From: Actinomycetota bacterium
Lineage (GTDB): Bacteria; Actinomycetota; Acidimicrobiia; Acidimicrobiales; JACCXE01
Direction: 5' to 3'
Assembly: GCA_041166405.1 (NCBI GenBank)
Contig: JBEEFV010000031.1
Coordinates: 9,840-73,839 of the forward strand
Length of the DNA: 64,000 nt
Shown: in pieces, positions 53,664-64,000 of the stretch
How the letters are laid out: every line of letters begins with the position of its first letter
How positions within the stretch are numbered: position 1 is the first letter of the stretch
Position numbers and translations under genes: made by a program
Notes under the pieces: generated by a model
Database searches by the model: none
What the model was told of the DNA's origin: nothing
Seen by the model: the letters and a program-made list of their open reading frames with translations, nothing else

Positions 53664-54502
53664 TGCCGCTGAGTGGGACGACGCGCGTCGCCGGCGTGAT
53701 CGGCGACCCAGTGCGCCACTCGATTTCTCCCGCGATCCACAACGCCGCGTTCGCAGCCGAGGACCTTGACTGGGTGTTCGTGGCGTTCGAGGTCGCCGAC
53801 GGAGACGCTCCGGCGGCGATCGCCGGAGCGCGCGCGCTCGGCATCGACGGGCTGTCGGTGACCATGCCTCACAAGGCGACGGTGATCGAGGCGTTGGACC
53901 GCCTCAGCCCGACGGCGGAAAAACTCGGAGCGGTGAACGCCATCGTGCGCGAAGGAACCGAGTTCGTGGGTCACTCGACCGACGGCGCCGGGCTGATCGA
54001 CGCACTCACCTATGACGAAGGGTTCGACGTCGCCGGCAAGAAGTGCGTCGTGCTCGGTGCCGGCGGCGCGGCGCGTGCGGCCATCCTGGCCATCGGCGAA
54101 GCCGGCGCCGAAGACATCGTCGTCGTGAACCGCACGCCGCTGAACGCCGAGCGGGCCGCCGCCCTCGGTGGCAGCGCGGCGCGCGTGGGTAGCGAAGCCG
54201 ACGTGTACGGCGCCGACCTTGTCGTCAACGCCACACCCGTCGGCATGGTCGGCCACAGCGAGCGCTCGGCGGTCGAGCCGGCGCTGTTCCACTCCGAACA
54301 GTTGGTCGTCGACCTCGTGTACGCGCCGCCGATCACCCCGACCATTCACGCGGCGCGCGACGCCGGCGCCCACGCCGTCGGCGGCCTCGGGATGCTCGTG
54401 CATCAGGCGGCGCACGCGTTCACGCTGTGGACGGGTCACCCGGCGCCGCTCCCCGCGATGTCCGCCGCTGCGATGGCGGCGATGGCGCACACGCTGCGAT
54501 GA
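53663..54502 (+). CDS. aroE: shikimate dehydrogenase
   Basis: GVIGDPVRHSISPAIHNAAF, GLSVTMPHK, VLGAGGAARA. The ATG overlaps the mltG stop. Confidence 0.85.
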   Translation: MPLSGTTRVAGVIGDPVRHSISPAIHNAAFAAEDLDWVFVAFEVADGDAPAAIAGARALGIDGLSVTMPHKATVIEALDRLSPTAEKLGAVNAIVREGTEFVGHSTDGAGLIDALTYDEGFDVAGKKCVVLGAGGAARAAILAIGEAGAEDIVVVNRTPLNAERAAALGGSAARVGSEADVYGADLVVNATPVGMVGHSERSAVEPALFHSEQLVVDLVYAPPITPTIHAARDAGAHAVGGLGMLVHQAAHAFTLWTGHPAPLPAMSAAAMAAMAHTLR

Positions 54503-55200
54503 GCGTCGAACTCGCCGACGTCGCCGTCACCGTGGCCGCCGCGGTCGCCGGTTTCGTCGCGGCGCCGTACGCGGGGCGCGCAATCCGTGACACGCCGCCC
54601 GATCCCGAGGACGACCCGCCGCCTGTCCCGCGTGTCGGGCCGTGGCTGGAGCGCCGCAAGCTTTTGGCACCGCTGCTCGCGGTCGTCGCCGCCGGCGTCG
54701 CGGCGCGCACTGGCGCCCATCCGGTCGCGGCCGCGCACGTCGTCGCCGCCATCGGGCTCGTCACGCTCTCGGTCATCGACCTCGACCTGTTCCTGTTGCC
54801 CAAGCGGATCGTGTGGCCGACCGTCGGCGCCATCGCGGCGCTCCTCGTGATCGCGGCCGCCGTCGACGGTGACGCCGTCGCCCTCAAGCGCGCCGCGCTG
54901 TGCGGCCTCGGTGGGTTCGGCGCGTTGCTCGTACTGCACATCATCAGCCCGAACGGCATGGGCTTCGGCGACGTGCGGCTCGCCGGCCTCATCGGCCTCG
55001 ACCTCGGCTGGCTGGGCGTCGAACAAGTCGTGTTCGGCATCTTCGCCGGCTTCGTGTTCGCGGCCACCGTCGGCATCGCGTTGCTGGTCTCGCGGCGGCG
55101 CAAAACGAAGGACGCGGTGCCCTTCGGCCCGTTCCTCGCGCTGGGCACCCTGTTCATCCTCTTCGGCGGGGATGTCTTGCTCGGCATCGCCCGTCATTAA
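54499..55200 (+). CDS. A24-family prepilin (type IV leader) peptidase-like membrane protein
   Basis: Polytopic membrane protein with IDLDLFLLP and [14 protein letters not shown] aspartyl-protease motifs. It sits at the same position inside the aro cluster as in mycobacteria. Confidence 0.8.
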   Translation: MSVELADVAVTVAAAVAGFVAAPYAGRAIRDTPPDPEDDPPPVPRVGPWLERRKLLAPLLAVVAAGVAARTGAHPVAAAHVVAAIGLVTLSVIDLDLFLLPKRIVWPTVGAIAALLVIAAAVDGDAVALKRAALCGLGGFGALLVLHIISPNGMGFGDVRLAGLIGLDLGWLGVEQVVFGIFAGFVFAATVGIALLVSRRRKTKDAVPFGPFLALGTLFILFGGDVLLGIARH

Positions 55201-55211
55201 CCTTTCATGTC

Positions 55212-56366
55212 GTGCTGCGCTATCTGACCGCCGGTGAATCGCACGGCAAGGGTCTCGTCGTCATCGTCGAGGGCTTGCCCGCCGGTCTCGCCATCACGGT
55301 CGAAGACGTGCAAGCCGAGTTGGCGCGACGTCGCCTGGGCTTCGGCCGCGGCCCGCGCATGCGTTTCGAGCAGGACGAAATCACGCTGCTAGGCGGCATC
55401 CGCCACGGCCGCACGCTCGGCTCGCCCGTCGCCATCGAAATCGGTAACACCGAATGGCCGAAGTGGCAGGAGGAGATGTCGCCCGCGCCCGGGGCGACCG
55501 AAAAGGCGCTGACGCAGCCTCGTCCCGGCCACGCCGATCTCGCGGGCATGCAGAAGTACGGGTTCAACGACGCGCGCGACGTGCTCGAGCGCGCCAGCGC
55601 GCGTGAAACCGCGGCGCGCGTCGCTGCCGGCACGTGCGCCAAGGTCTTGTTGCGCGCCATCGGTACGGAAGTGATCAGCCACGTGATCTCGATGGGCACG
55701 GCGTCGGTGAAGTCGACGGCAGCCCGTCCGCGCCCCAAGGACCTCGCGGCGGTCGACGAGTCACAAGTGCGGTGCTTCGACGCCGAGGCCGAGGCGGCGA
55801 TGGTCGAGCAGATCAAGGCGGCGGCGAAGGACGGCGACTCGCTGGGTGGCGTCGTCGAAGTGCTGGGCTACGGCGTCCCCGTCGGGCTGGGCAGCCACGT
55901 GCACTGGGACCGCAAGCTCGATTCGCTGCTCGCCGGCGCACTCATGAGCATTCAGGCGGTGAAAGGCGTCGAGATCGGCGAAGGCTTCGACGTGGCGCAT
56001 CGACGCGGTTCCGAAGCGCACGACGCCATCGTGTGGGAAACCGACGCCGGCTACCGCCGCGATTCCGACCTCGCGGGCGGTGTCGAAGGCGGCATGTCGA
56101 CCGGCGCGTTGCTCGTCGCTCGCGCCGCCATGAAGCCGCTGGCGACGCTCAACCGCCCGACGCTGCGCACCGTCGACGTCGTGACCAAGGAAGAGACGGT
56201 CAGCTTCAAAGAGCGCACCGACGTGACCGCTGTGCCGGCGATGGGCGTTGTCGCCGAGACGATGGTCGCACTCGTGCTCGCCGGCGAAGCACAGCGCAAG
56301 TTCGGCGGCGACTCCGTCGACGAGTTCGTCGCCAATCACAACGCCTTCGTCGCCAGCCTTGCCTGA
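55212..56366 (+). CDS. aroC: chorismate synthase
   Basis: [52 protein letters not shown]. Confidence 0.95.
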   Translation: MLRYLTAGESHGKGLVVIVEGLPAGLAITVEDVQAELARRRLGFGRGPRMRFEQDEITLLGGIRHGRTLGSPVAIEIGNTEWPKWQEEMSPAPGATEKALTQPRPGHADLAGMQKYGFNDARDVLERASARETAARVAAGTCAKVLLRAIGTEVISHVISMGTASVKSTAARPRPKDLAAVDESQVRCFDAEAEAAMVEQIKAAAKDGDSLGGVVEVLGYGVPVGLGSHVHWDRKLDSLLAGALMSIQAVKGVEIGEGFDVAHRRGSEAHDAIVWETDAGYRRDSDLAGGVEGGMSTGALLVARAAMKPLATLNRPTLRTVDVVTKEETVSFKERTDVTAVPAMGVVAETMVALVLAGEAQRKFGGDSVDEFVANHNAFVASLA

Positions 56367-56865
56367 CGGGCAAGCAATCGTGCTGATCGGGATGCCGGGT
56401 TCGGGCAAGACGCGCGTCGGGCAGGCCCTGGCGCAGTTGCTTGCGTGGCGCTGGGTCGACGTGGACGACGCCGTGTCCGACGACGTGCCGGGGTTCATCG
56501 AGGCCAACGGCATCGAGGCGTTCCGCGCCCGCGAGCGCGACGTCATCGCCGCACTCAAGCCACAGGACTGTGTTGTATCGGTCGGTGGCGGCGCCGTGCT
56601 CGATCCCGCCAACCGCGCCGCGTTGTGCGCGCTCGGTCCTGTCGTGTGGTTGCGCGCCACCGAGGCGACTTTGCTCGATCGCATCGGCAGCGGCGACGAC
56701 CGGCCGCTGCTGAAAGGCGATCCTGCGGCGAAGCTGCCGGTGCTGCTGGCCGAACGCACGCCGATTTACGCCGAGATGGCGACCGTCGTCGTCGACGTCG
56801 ACGGGCGCGACCCGTACGAGAACGCCGGCGAAGTCGCGCTCGCGGTGTCGAGGGCCGCGCAGTGA
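56359..56865 (+). CDS. aroK: shikimate kinase
   Basis: [13 protein letters not shown] Walker [16 protein letters not shown]. Start is TTG 56359 or GTG 56380. Confidence 0.85.
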   Translation: MPDGQAIVLIGMPGSGKTRVGQALAQLLAWRWVDVDDAVSDDVPGFIEANGIEAFRARERDVIAALKPQDCVVSVGGGAVLDPANRAALCALGPVVWLRATEATLLDRIGSGDDRPLLKGDPAAKLPVLLAERTPIYAEMATVVVDVDGRDPYENAGEVALAVSRAAQ

Positions 56866-57869
56866 TCACTGTCAACGTCGATCTCGGCGAGCGCAGCTAT
56901 CCGGTGATCGTGGGCGCCGGCGCGCGTCACGAACTGGACGGCGCGCTCGGCGAACGCGCGCAACGCGTGGCGCTCGTCACCCAGGTCGGGATCCCGGTCG
57001 CCGACGACGTCACCTCCGCGCGCACGGTCACGCGTCACGTACTGCGCGACGGCGAGGGATCGAAGAGCTTGTCGTCGGTCGAAAGGTTGTGCGAAGAGTT
57101 CGCACTCGCCGGACTCACACGCGCCGACGCCGTCGTCGGTGTGGGCGGGGGAGTGGTCACGGACGTCGCCGGGTTCGCGGCGGCTGTGTACCACCGCGGC
57201 ATCGACGTCGTGCACGTCCCGACGACGCTGCTCGGCATGGTCGACGCCGCCGTCGGCGGCAAGACCGGAGTCAACCTCGCCGCCGGCAAGAACCTCGTCG
57301 GCGCGTTCTGGCAACCGCGTGCGGTGCTGTGCGATCTCGACGCGCTCGACACGTTGCCGCCGCGCGAGATGCGCTCCGGTCTCGGTGAATTGGCGAAGTA
57401 CCACTTCCTGACGGGTCAGGACCTGGCGTCGCTGCCGCTCGACGAGCGCATCGCCGCCGCGGTCGCGATCAAGGCGGCGGCGGTGAGCGCCGACGAGCGC
57501 GAAACCACCGGCCGGCGCGCCACGCTGAACTACGGCCACACGCTCGGTCACGCGCTCGAGACCGTCGGCAAGTACGACCTGCGTCACGGGGAGGCCGTCG
57601 CCATTGGTCTCGTGTATGCGGCGCGCCTGGCGCACCGGCTCGGGCGCATCGACGACGCCCGCGTCGCCGAACACGTGGCGGTCGTCGCCGGCAGCGACCT
57701 GCCCACGACGATCCCGTCGAACTGCGACCCCGACGAACTCGTCGCGGTGATGCGTCGCGACAAGAAAGCCACCGGCGACGGGCTCACGTTCGTGCTCGAC
57801 GGGCCCGACGGCGTCGAGCTCGTCTCGGGCATCTCCTTCGACGACGCGCTCGCGGCGATGCGAGACTGA
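56862..57869 (+). CDS. aroB: 3-dehydroquinate synthase
   Basis: GVGGGVVTDVAGFAAAVYHRGI, VPTTLLGMVDAAVGGKTGVNL, LNYGHTLGHALE. Confidence 0.9.
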   Translation: MITVNVDLGERSYPVIVGAGARHELDGALGERAQRVALVTQVGIPVADDVTSARTVTRHVLRDGEGSKSLSSVERLCEEFALAGLTRADAVVGVGGGVVTDVAGFAAAVYHRGIDVVHVPTTLLGMVDAAVGGKTGVNLAAGKNLVGAFWQPRAVLCDLDALDTLPPREMRSGLGELAKYHFLTGQDLASLPLDERIAAAVAIKAAAVSADERETTGRRATLNYGHTLGHALETVGKYDLRHGEAVAIGLVYAARLAHRLGRIDDARVAEHVAVVAGSDLPTTIPSNCDPDELVAVMRRDKKATGDGLTFVLDGPDGVELVSGISFDDALAAMRD

Positions 57870-57873
57870 CCGC

Positions 57874-58314
57874 GTGGCAACCACGATTGGCCTTCTCCAC
57901 GGCCCGAACCTCAACTTGCTCGGCCAGCGCGAGGTCGACATTTACGGCACGACCACCGAAGCTGACCTCGTCGGCCGTGTGGAGAAGGCAGCGGCGCCCC
58001 ACGGCGTGACGGTCGAGTTCTTCCAGTCGAACCACGAAGGCGAGTTGGTCGACTTCGTGCACAAGGCGCGCGGTCGGCTCGCCGGCATCATCGTGAACGG
58101 CGGCGCACTCAGTCACTACGGCTGGTCGCTGCACGACGCGCTCGCCGCCTACGACGGCGCGATCATCGAAGTGCACCTGTCGAACACAGGGCGGCGCGAA
58201 GCGTGGCGCCACACGTCGGTGCTGACACCTGTGTCGAAAGGCACCATCACCGGGCTCGGCCCGGACGGATATGAGTTCGCAACGGAAGCTCTCGTGAGGT
58301 TGATCAATGATTGA
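57874..58314 (+). CDS. aroQ: type II 3-dehydroquinate dehydratase
   Basis: LLHGPNLNLLGQRE, FFQSNHEGELVD, IIVNGGALSHYGWSLHDAL, EVHLSN. Confidence 0.9.
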   Translation: MATTIGLLHGPNLNLLGQREVDIYGTTTEADLVGRVEKAAAPHGVTVEFFQSNHEGELVDFVHKARGRLAGIIVNGGALSHYGWSLHDALAAYDGAIIEVHLSNTGRREAWRHTSVLTPVSKGTITGLGPDGYEFATEALVRLIND

Positions 58315-59410
58315 AATGGACATCGCCAGCCGGCTGCCGAAATTGCGGGCGGCGCTCGACGCAGCGGAGTGCGACGCGCTGCTCGTCACCAACCTCACCA
58401 ACGTGCGCTACCTCACGGGCTTCACCGGATCCGCCGCGCTGCTGCTGGTCAAGCCCGACGAGATGCTGTTGGCGACCGACGGTCGCTACGCGTTCCAGTC
58501 AGCGGATCAGCTGCGCGACGCCGGCGTCGAAGCCCGCATCGAGATCGGCAACCTCGCGGGTCAGAAGGCAGCCGTCAGCGCCGCCGCCGACGGTCTGGCG
58601 CGCATTGGGCTCGAAGCGACCGACGTGACGTGGGCGCGGCAACGCAACTTCGCCAGCGAGTGGTTCGCCGGCGCCGAACTCGTCGCCACCGAGGGCGTCG
58701 TCGAGAACCTCCGGCGCGTCAAGGACGAAGGCGAACTGTGGCGCATGCGCGAAGCGGCGCGCATCGCCGACGACGCGCTGGCCAACGTGCGTCCGATGCT
58801 CGCCGAGCGCGTCAGCGAGAAGGACTTCGCGATCGCGCTCGACTTCGAGATCCGCAAGCTCGGCGCGTCGGGCAACTCCTTCGAGACCATCGTCGCCGCG
58901 GGGCCCAACGGCGCCAAACCGCACGCGCGCCCGTCGGATCGGCCGATCGAGCCCGGTGAGCTCGTCGTGCTCGACTTCGGCGCGATCGTCGACGGCTACT
59001 GCTCCGACATGACGCGCACCGTGTGCGCGGGGGATCCGTCGCCCGAACTGCAGAAGATGGTCGACGTCGTCGCCGAGAGCCAGCGCGCCGGTGTGGCTGC
59101 CGTCAAGGCGGGCGTGAAAGCCGCGGATGTCGACAAGGTGTGCCGCGAAGTGATCGCCGCCGCCGGTTGGGGCGATGCGTTCATGCATTCGACCGGCCAC
59201 GGCGTCGGCCTCGACATCCACGAAGCGCCGTGGGTCTCGTCGGTGTCGACCGACACGCTCGCGCCCAACCAAGTCGTAACTGTGGAGCCGGGCGTCTACC
59301 TTGAAGGCCTCGGCGGGGTCCGCATCGAGGACACGGTCGTCGTCACCGAAGACGGCTGTTACCCGCTCACGAACACCACAAAGGAACTCGCAGTCGCATG
59401 GCAACGGTAA
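58307..59410 (+). CDS. pepQ: M24-family Xaa-Pro aminopeptidase (PepQ/PepP)
   Basis: SFETIVAAGPNGAKPHA, VLDFGAIVDGYCSDMTRT, HSTGHGVGLDIHE, TVEPGVY, RIED. Confidence 0.85.
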   Translation: MIEMDIASRLPKLRAALDAAECDALLVTNLTNVRYLTGFTGSAALLLVKPDEMLLATDGRYAFQSADQLRDAGVEARIEIGNLAGQKAAVSAAADGLARIGLEATDVTWARQRNFASEWFAGAELVATEGVVENLRRVKDEGELWRMREAARIADDALANVRPMLAERVSEKDFAIALDFEIRKLGASGNSFETIVAAGPNGAKPHARPSDRPIEPGELVVLDFGAIVDGYCSDMTRTVCAGDPSPELQKMVDVVAESQRAGVAAVKAGVKAADVDKVCREVIAAAGWGDAFMHSTGHGVGLDIHEAPWVSSVSTDTLAPNQVVTVEPGVYLEGLGGVRIEDTVVVTEDGCYPLTNTTKELAVAWQR

Positions 59411-59961
59411 GCACGAACGACCTCAACACCGGCATGACGTTGAATTTGCCGGAGGGACTGTTCAAGGTCGTGGATTTCCAGCACGTCAAGCCCGGCAAGG
59501 GCGGCGCATTCGTCCGCACCAAGCTCAAGAACGTGCGCAACGGCGCGGTGGTCGACCGCACCTATCGCGCCGACGAAAAGCTCGAACAGGCGATCATCGA
59601 AAAGCGCGAGATGCAGTTCCTCTACCGCGACGGCGAGGACTACGTGTTCATGGACAACTCGACGTACGACCAGTCGCACCTGTCGACGACCACGCTGGGC
59701 GACGCCGTGAACTTCCTCAAGGAGTCCGACAACGCGGTGATCCAGCGCTACGGCGACGAAGTCGTCGGCGTCGACCTGCCGGCTGCGGTGGAACTCGTCG
59801 TGACCGAGACGGAGCCCGGCGTGCAGGGCGACCGGGTGTCAGGTGCGCGCAAACCGGCGACGCTCGAGACGGGGCACACGCTGCAGGTCCCGCTGTTCGT
59901 GAACCAGGGCGACAAGATCAAGGTCGACACCCGCTCCGGCGACTACATCACGCGCGCTTAA
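59398..59961 (+). CDS. efp: translation elongation factor P
   Basis: VKPGKGGAFVRTKLKNVRNG, FMDNSTYDQ, TEPGVQGD. Confidence 0.95.
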   Translation: MATVSTNDLNTGMTLNLPEGLFKVVDFQHVKPGKGGAFVRTKLKNVRNGAVVDRTYRADEKLEQAIIEKREMQFLYRDGEDYVFMDNSTYDQSHLSTTTLGDAVNFLKESDNAVIQRYGDEVVGVDLPAAVELVVTETEPGVQGDRVSGARKPATLETGHTLQVPLFVNQGDKIKVDTRSGDYITRA

Positions 59962-60354
59962 GTGAGCGACCGCACCATGGCCCGCGAGCGGGCCTTGGAG
60001 CTGTTGTACGAAGCCGAAGCGAAAGCGACGTCGGTTGACGACGTGCTCGCGGCACTGCCGATCGAACCGGATGCTTACGCCATCGACGTGGTCACCGGGG
60101 TGCGTGAACACGCAGGCACGATCGACGGGTTGATCAAACGCCTCGCGCCCGACTGGCCGATCGATCGCATGCCGGCCGTTGACCGCGCCGTGCTTCGCGT
60201 CGGCATCTACGAACTGTCGCAACGGCCCGACGTTCCGACGGCGGTCGTGCTCGACGAGGCCGTCGAACTCGCGAAGCGCTACTCGACCGAAGAGTCAGGC
60301 CGCTTCGTCAACGGCGTCCTCGCGGCCGCCGCCCGCGAACTGCGCCCCTCCTAA
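59962..60354 (+). CDS. nusB: transcription antitermination factor NusB
   Basis: ARERALELLYEAE, DRMPAVDRAVLRVGIYEL, VVLDEAVELAKRYSTEESGRFVNGVL. Confidence 0.9.
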   Translation: MSDRTMARERALELLYEAEAKATSVDDVLAALPIEPDAYAIDVVTGVREHAGTIDGLIKRLAPDWPIDRMPAVDRAVLRVGIYELSQRPDVPTAVVLDEAVELAKRYSTEESGRFVNGVLAAAARELRPS

Positions 60355-60355
60355 A

Positions 60356-60408
60356 CCGAACTGGGCGCGCCAGATCCCGGAAAACGGGATTCGGCGCGCC
60401 CAGTTCGG
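60356..60408. terminator. long nested hairpin between convergent nusB and a reverse-strand micro-ORF; REP-like, same CCGAACTGG/CCAGTTCGG termini as 24294-24346
   Basis: CCGAACTGGGCGCGCC (60356-60371) pairs perfectly with GGCGCGCCCAGTTCGG (60393-60408). The inner stem is ATCCCG-GAAAA-CGGGAT. Confidence 0.65.
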
Positions 60409-60418
60409 AGAGAGAGCG

Positions 60419-60514
60419 TTAGTTGGAGCCCTTCTTGGCCTGCTTGGCGGCCCGCTTTTCCTTGAGGGACTTGCCCACCTTCTTGTTGTTCTTCGGTGCG
60501 GGGACCTTTGGCAT
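60419..60514 (-). CDS. candidate 31-aa lysine-rich micro-protein (too short for the ORF track)
   Basis: Own translation: ATG 60514 gives MPKVPAPKNNKKVGKSLKEKRAAKQAKKGSN, ending at TAA (60419-60421). A GGTGG lies 5 nt upstream of the ATG, and the ORF is followed by the 60356-60408 hairpin. Confidence 0.35.
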   Translation of the reverse strand: MPKVPAPKNNKKVGKSLKEKRAAKQAKKGSN

Positions 60515-60584
60515 AGGGCCACCGTACGACCCATCGTTTCGTCGCGCGTGTCATTTCCGTTATTGTCGACCCAGTCGTAAATCG

Positions 60585-62100
<1,516 letters not shown>

Positions 62101-62108
<8 letters not shown>

Positions 62109-63384
62109 GGCAGCAACCGAAACCGTCGTCAAGGGCGGCACCGTCGTCGACGCGTCGGGCTCGCGCGCCGCCGACGTGGTGTTCGCTGACGGCGTCATCA
62201 AAGCGGTCGGCGAGAACCTCGACGCCAAGACGGTGATCGACGCCTCGGGCTGCATCGTGGCGCCCGGGCTCGTCGACCTGCACACCCACTTGCGCGAACC
62301 CGGTCGGGAAGAAGCCGAGACCATCGAGACGGGAACACGCGCCGCCGCCCTCGGTGGCTACACCGCCGTCGTGGCGATGCCGAACACCGAGCCGACGATC
62401 GACACGGTCGAAGTCGTGCGCGACATCCTCGCCACCGCTGCCGCGGTCGGGAGCTGCGAGGTGTATCCGTCGGGCGCCATCACGGTCGGCCGCAAAGGCG
62501 AGCACCTCGCCCCGATGGCCGAGATGGCGCGCGCCGGAGTGCGCTTGTTCACCGACGACGGGTCGGGCGTGCAGGACGGTGGGCTGATGCGGCGGGCGCT
62601 CGAGTACGCGAAGGGGATCGGCGTCACGCTGGCGCAACACTGCGAGGACAACGCGCTCGCAGCCGGCGGATCGATGCACGAAGGCGCGTGGTCGTCACGA
62701 CTCGGCATTCCAGGCCAGCCGAGCAGCGCCGAGACCGCCATGGTGTTGCGCGACATCGAACTCGTGCGACTCACCGGCGCGCCCATGCACTTCCTCCACC
62801 TGTCGACCGCCGAATCGCTGGCGGCGGTGGCGCGGGCGAAGGCGGCCGGGCTGCCGATCACCGCCGAGGTCGCCCCGCACCACTTCACGCTCACCGACGC
62901 CTGCTGCTGCGATTACGACGCCACGTTCAAGGTCAACCCGCCGTTGCGCACCGAAGCCGACGTCGAGGCCGTAAAGCAGGCCTTGCGCGACGGCACGGTC
63001 GACGCCATCGCCACCGATCACGCACCGCACGCGCCGGAACTGAAGGAGATGCCGTTCGACCAGGCGCCGCCCGGCATGCTCGGGCTCGAAACGGCGCTGG
63101 CGCTCGTCCTGGAACTCGACCTGCCGATCGAACGCGCGCTGGCGTACCTCAGTTGGCAACCGGCAGAGATCGCCAACATCCGCGGCGCGCACGGCGGCCC
63201 GATCGCACGCGGCGTCCCCGCAAACATCTGCGTCATCGACCCGAGCGCCGAGTGGGTAGTGGATGCCCGATCGCTCGCCAGTAAGAGTCGCAACACCCCG
63301 TACGACGGAAGGAAGTTAAAAGGCAAAGTGCGTCACACCATTTGCGGAACACCGACTGTGCTCGATGGCATGGCGCAGCAGTGA
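62101..63384 (+). CDS. pyrC: dihydroorotase
   Basis: PGLVDLHTHLREPG, VAMPNT, ATDHAPH. The GTG 62101 start overlaps the pyrB end. Confidence 0.9.
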
Positions 63385-63445
63385 GCGAGCTTGCGAGCGA
63401 ACCGATAAGCGCTTCAAGGCGACGCCGCCCGAAGGGCGGTGAGCG

Positions 63446-64000
63446 TTGACGATCACCCCAGCAGCACTCGTCCTGAACGACGGGGCAGTCTTCGAAGGCG
63501 AGGCGATCGGCGCCACGCCCGAGCACGGCGTCACGACCGGTGAGGTCGTGTTCAACACCGCCATGTCGGGCTACCAGGAGATCATCACCGACCCGTCCTA
63601 CGCCGGCCAGATCATCACGTTCACCTACACCCACATCGGCAACTACGGCGTGTCGATGTCGGACAACGAGGCGCCGACTCCCGCGTGCCGCGGTGTCATC
63701 GTGCGCGACCTCGCGCGTCGCGCGTCGAGTTGGCGCGCCGACCACGGGCTCGACGCGTTTCTCGCGCAAGCCGGCCTGTCGGGCATCGCCGGCATCGACA
63801 CACGAAGGTTGACCCGCCACCTGCGCGACTCGGGCGCGGTACCCGGAGCGTTCGGCACCGCCGACGAGTCGACGTTGCTGGCCGCGGCCAAGACGGAACA
63901 GGGCACCGACAACCAGGATCTGGCGGCGCTGGTGACGACGCGCGAGCCGTATCTCGTCGGCGAAGGCCCCAAGCACATCGTCGCCTACGACTTCGGCATC
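63446..64000 (+). CDS. carA: carbamoyl-phosphate synthase small (glutaminase) subunit, N-terminal part; continues off the right edge
   Basis: Own translation from TTG 63446: LTITPAALVLNDGAVFEGEAIGA...GEVVFNTAMSGYQEIITDPSYAGQIITFTYTHIGNYG...KHIVAYDFGI. The frame is open to the window end. Confidence 0.85.
   Translation, partial: MTITPAALVLNDGAVFEGEAIGATPEHGVTTGEVVFNTAMSGYQEIITDPSYAGQIITFTYTHIGNYGVSMSDNEAPTPACRGVIVRDLARRASSWRADHGLDAFLAQAGLSGIAGIDTRRLTRHLRDSGAVPGAFGTADESTLLAAAKTEQGTDNQDLAALVTTREPYLVGEGPKHIVAYDFGI

Overview
This is a very GC-rich, densely coding stretch of chromosome of actinobacterial type, with about 70 protein genes. I recognised no rRNA, tRNA, CRISPR array, transposase or integrase.

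Most of the window is a conserved housekeeping backbone. Its gene order matches the well-known mycobacterial arrangement:
- pdxS-pdxT-yebC, ruvCAB, queA-tgt, yajC-secD-secF, apt, rel, hisS, aspS
- rarA, alaS, ruvX, mltG, aroE, prepilin peptidase, aroC-aroK-aroB-aroQ, pepQ, efp, nusB
- pyrR-pyrB-pyrC-carA

Many adjacent genes are translationally coupled through 4- or 8-nt overlaps such as GTGA and ATGA.

The left third holds DNA-repair genes (alkA-like, xthA, uvrD2), a GH29 fucosidase, def, a pimA-like GT4, LemA-HtpX, and two DUF3048 lipoproteins.

Several small accessory islets interrupt the backbone:
- a frameshifted DUF559 gene bracketed by two copies of a 70-nt hairpin repeat
- an operon of alpha/beta hydrolase, membrane-anchored MurF-like ligase, Ddl and zincin
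- an LPXTG surface protein
- an ECF sigma factor with a long membrane-spanning C-terminal extension, coupled to a tiny Cys-containing lipoprotein
- a NarL-type two-component system facing two secreted Asp/His/Gly-repeat proteins and a membrane nucleotide cyclase
- a P450 gene followed by an Rv0386-like cyclase-STAND-TPR-LuxR regulator

The hardest sequence-level anomaly is a one-base deletion that splits tgt inside its most conserved motif.

I do not see a clear-cut known defence or mobile system. The candidates for something new are flagged below, with the tests that would decide them. All functional calls rest on my recognition of motifs in the translated ORFs, not on database searches.
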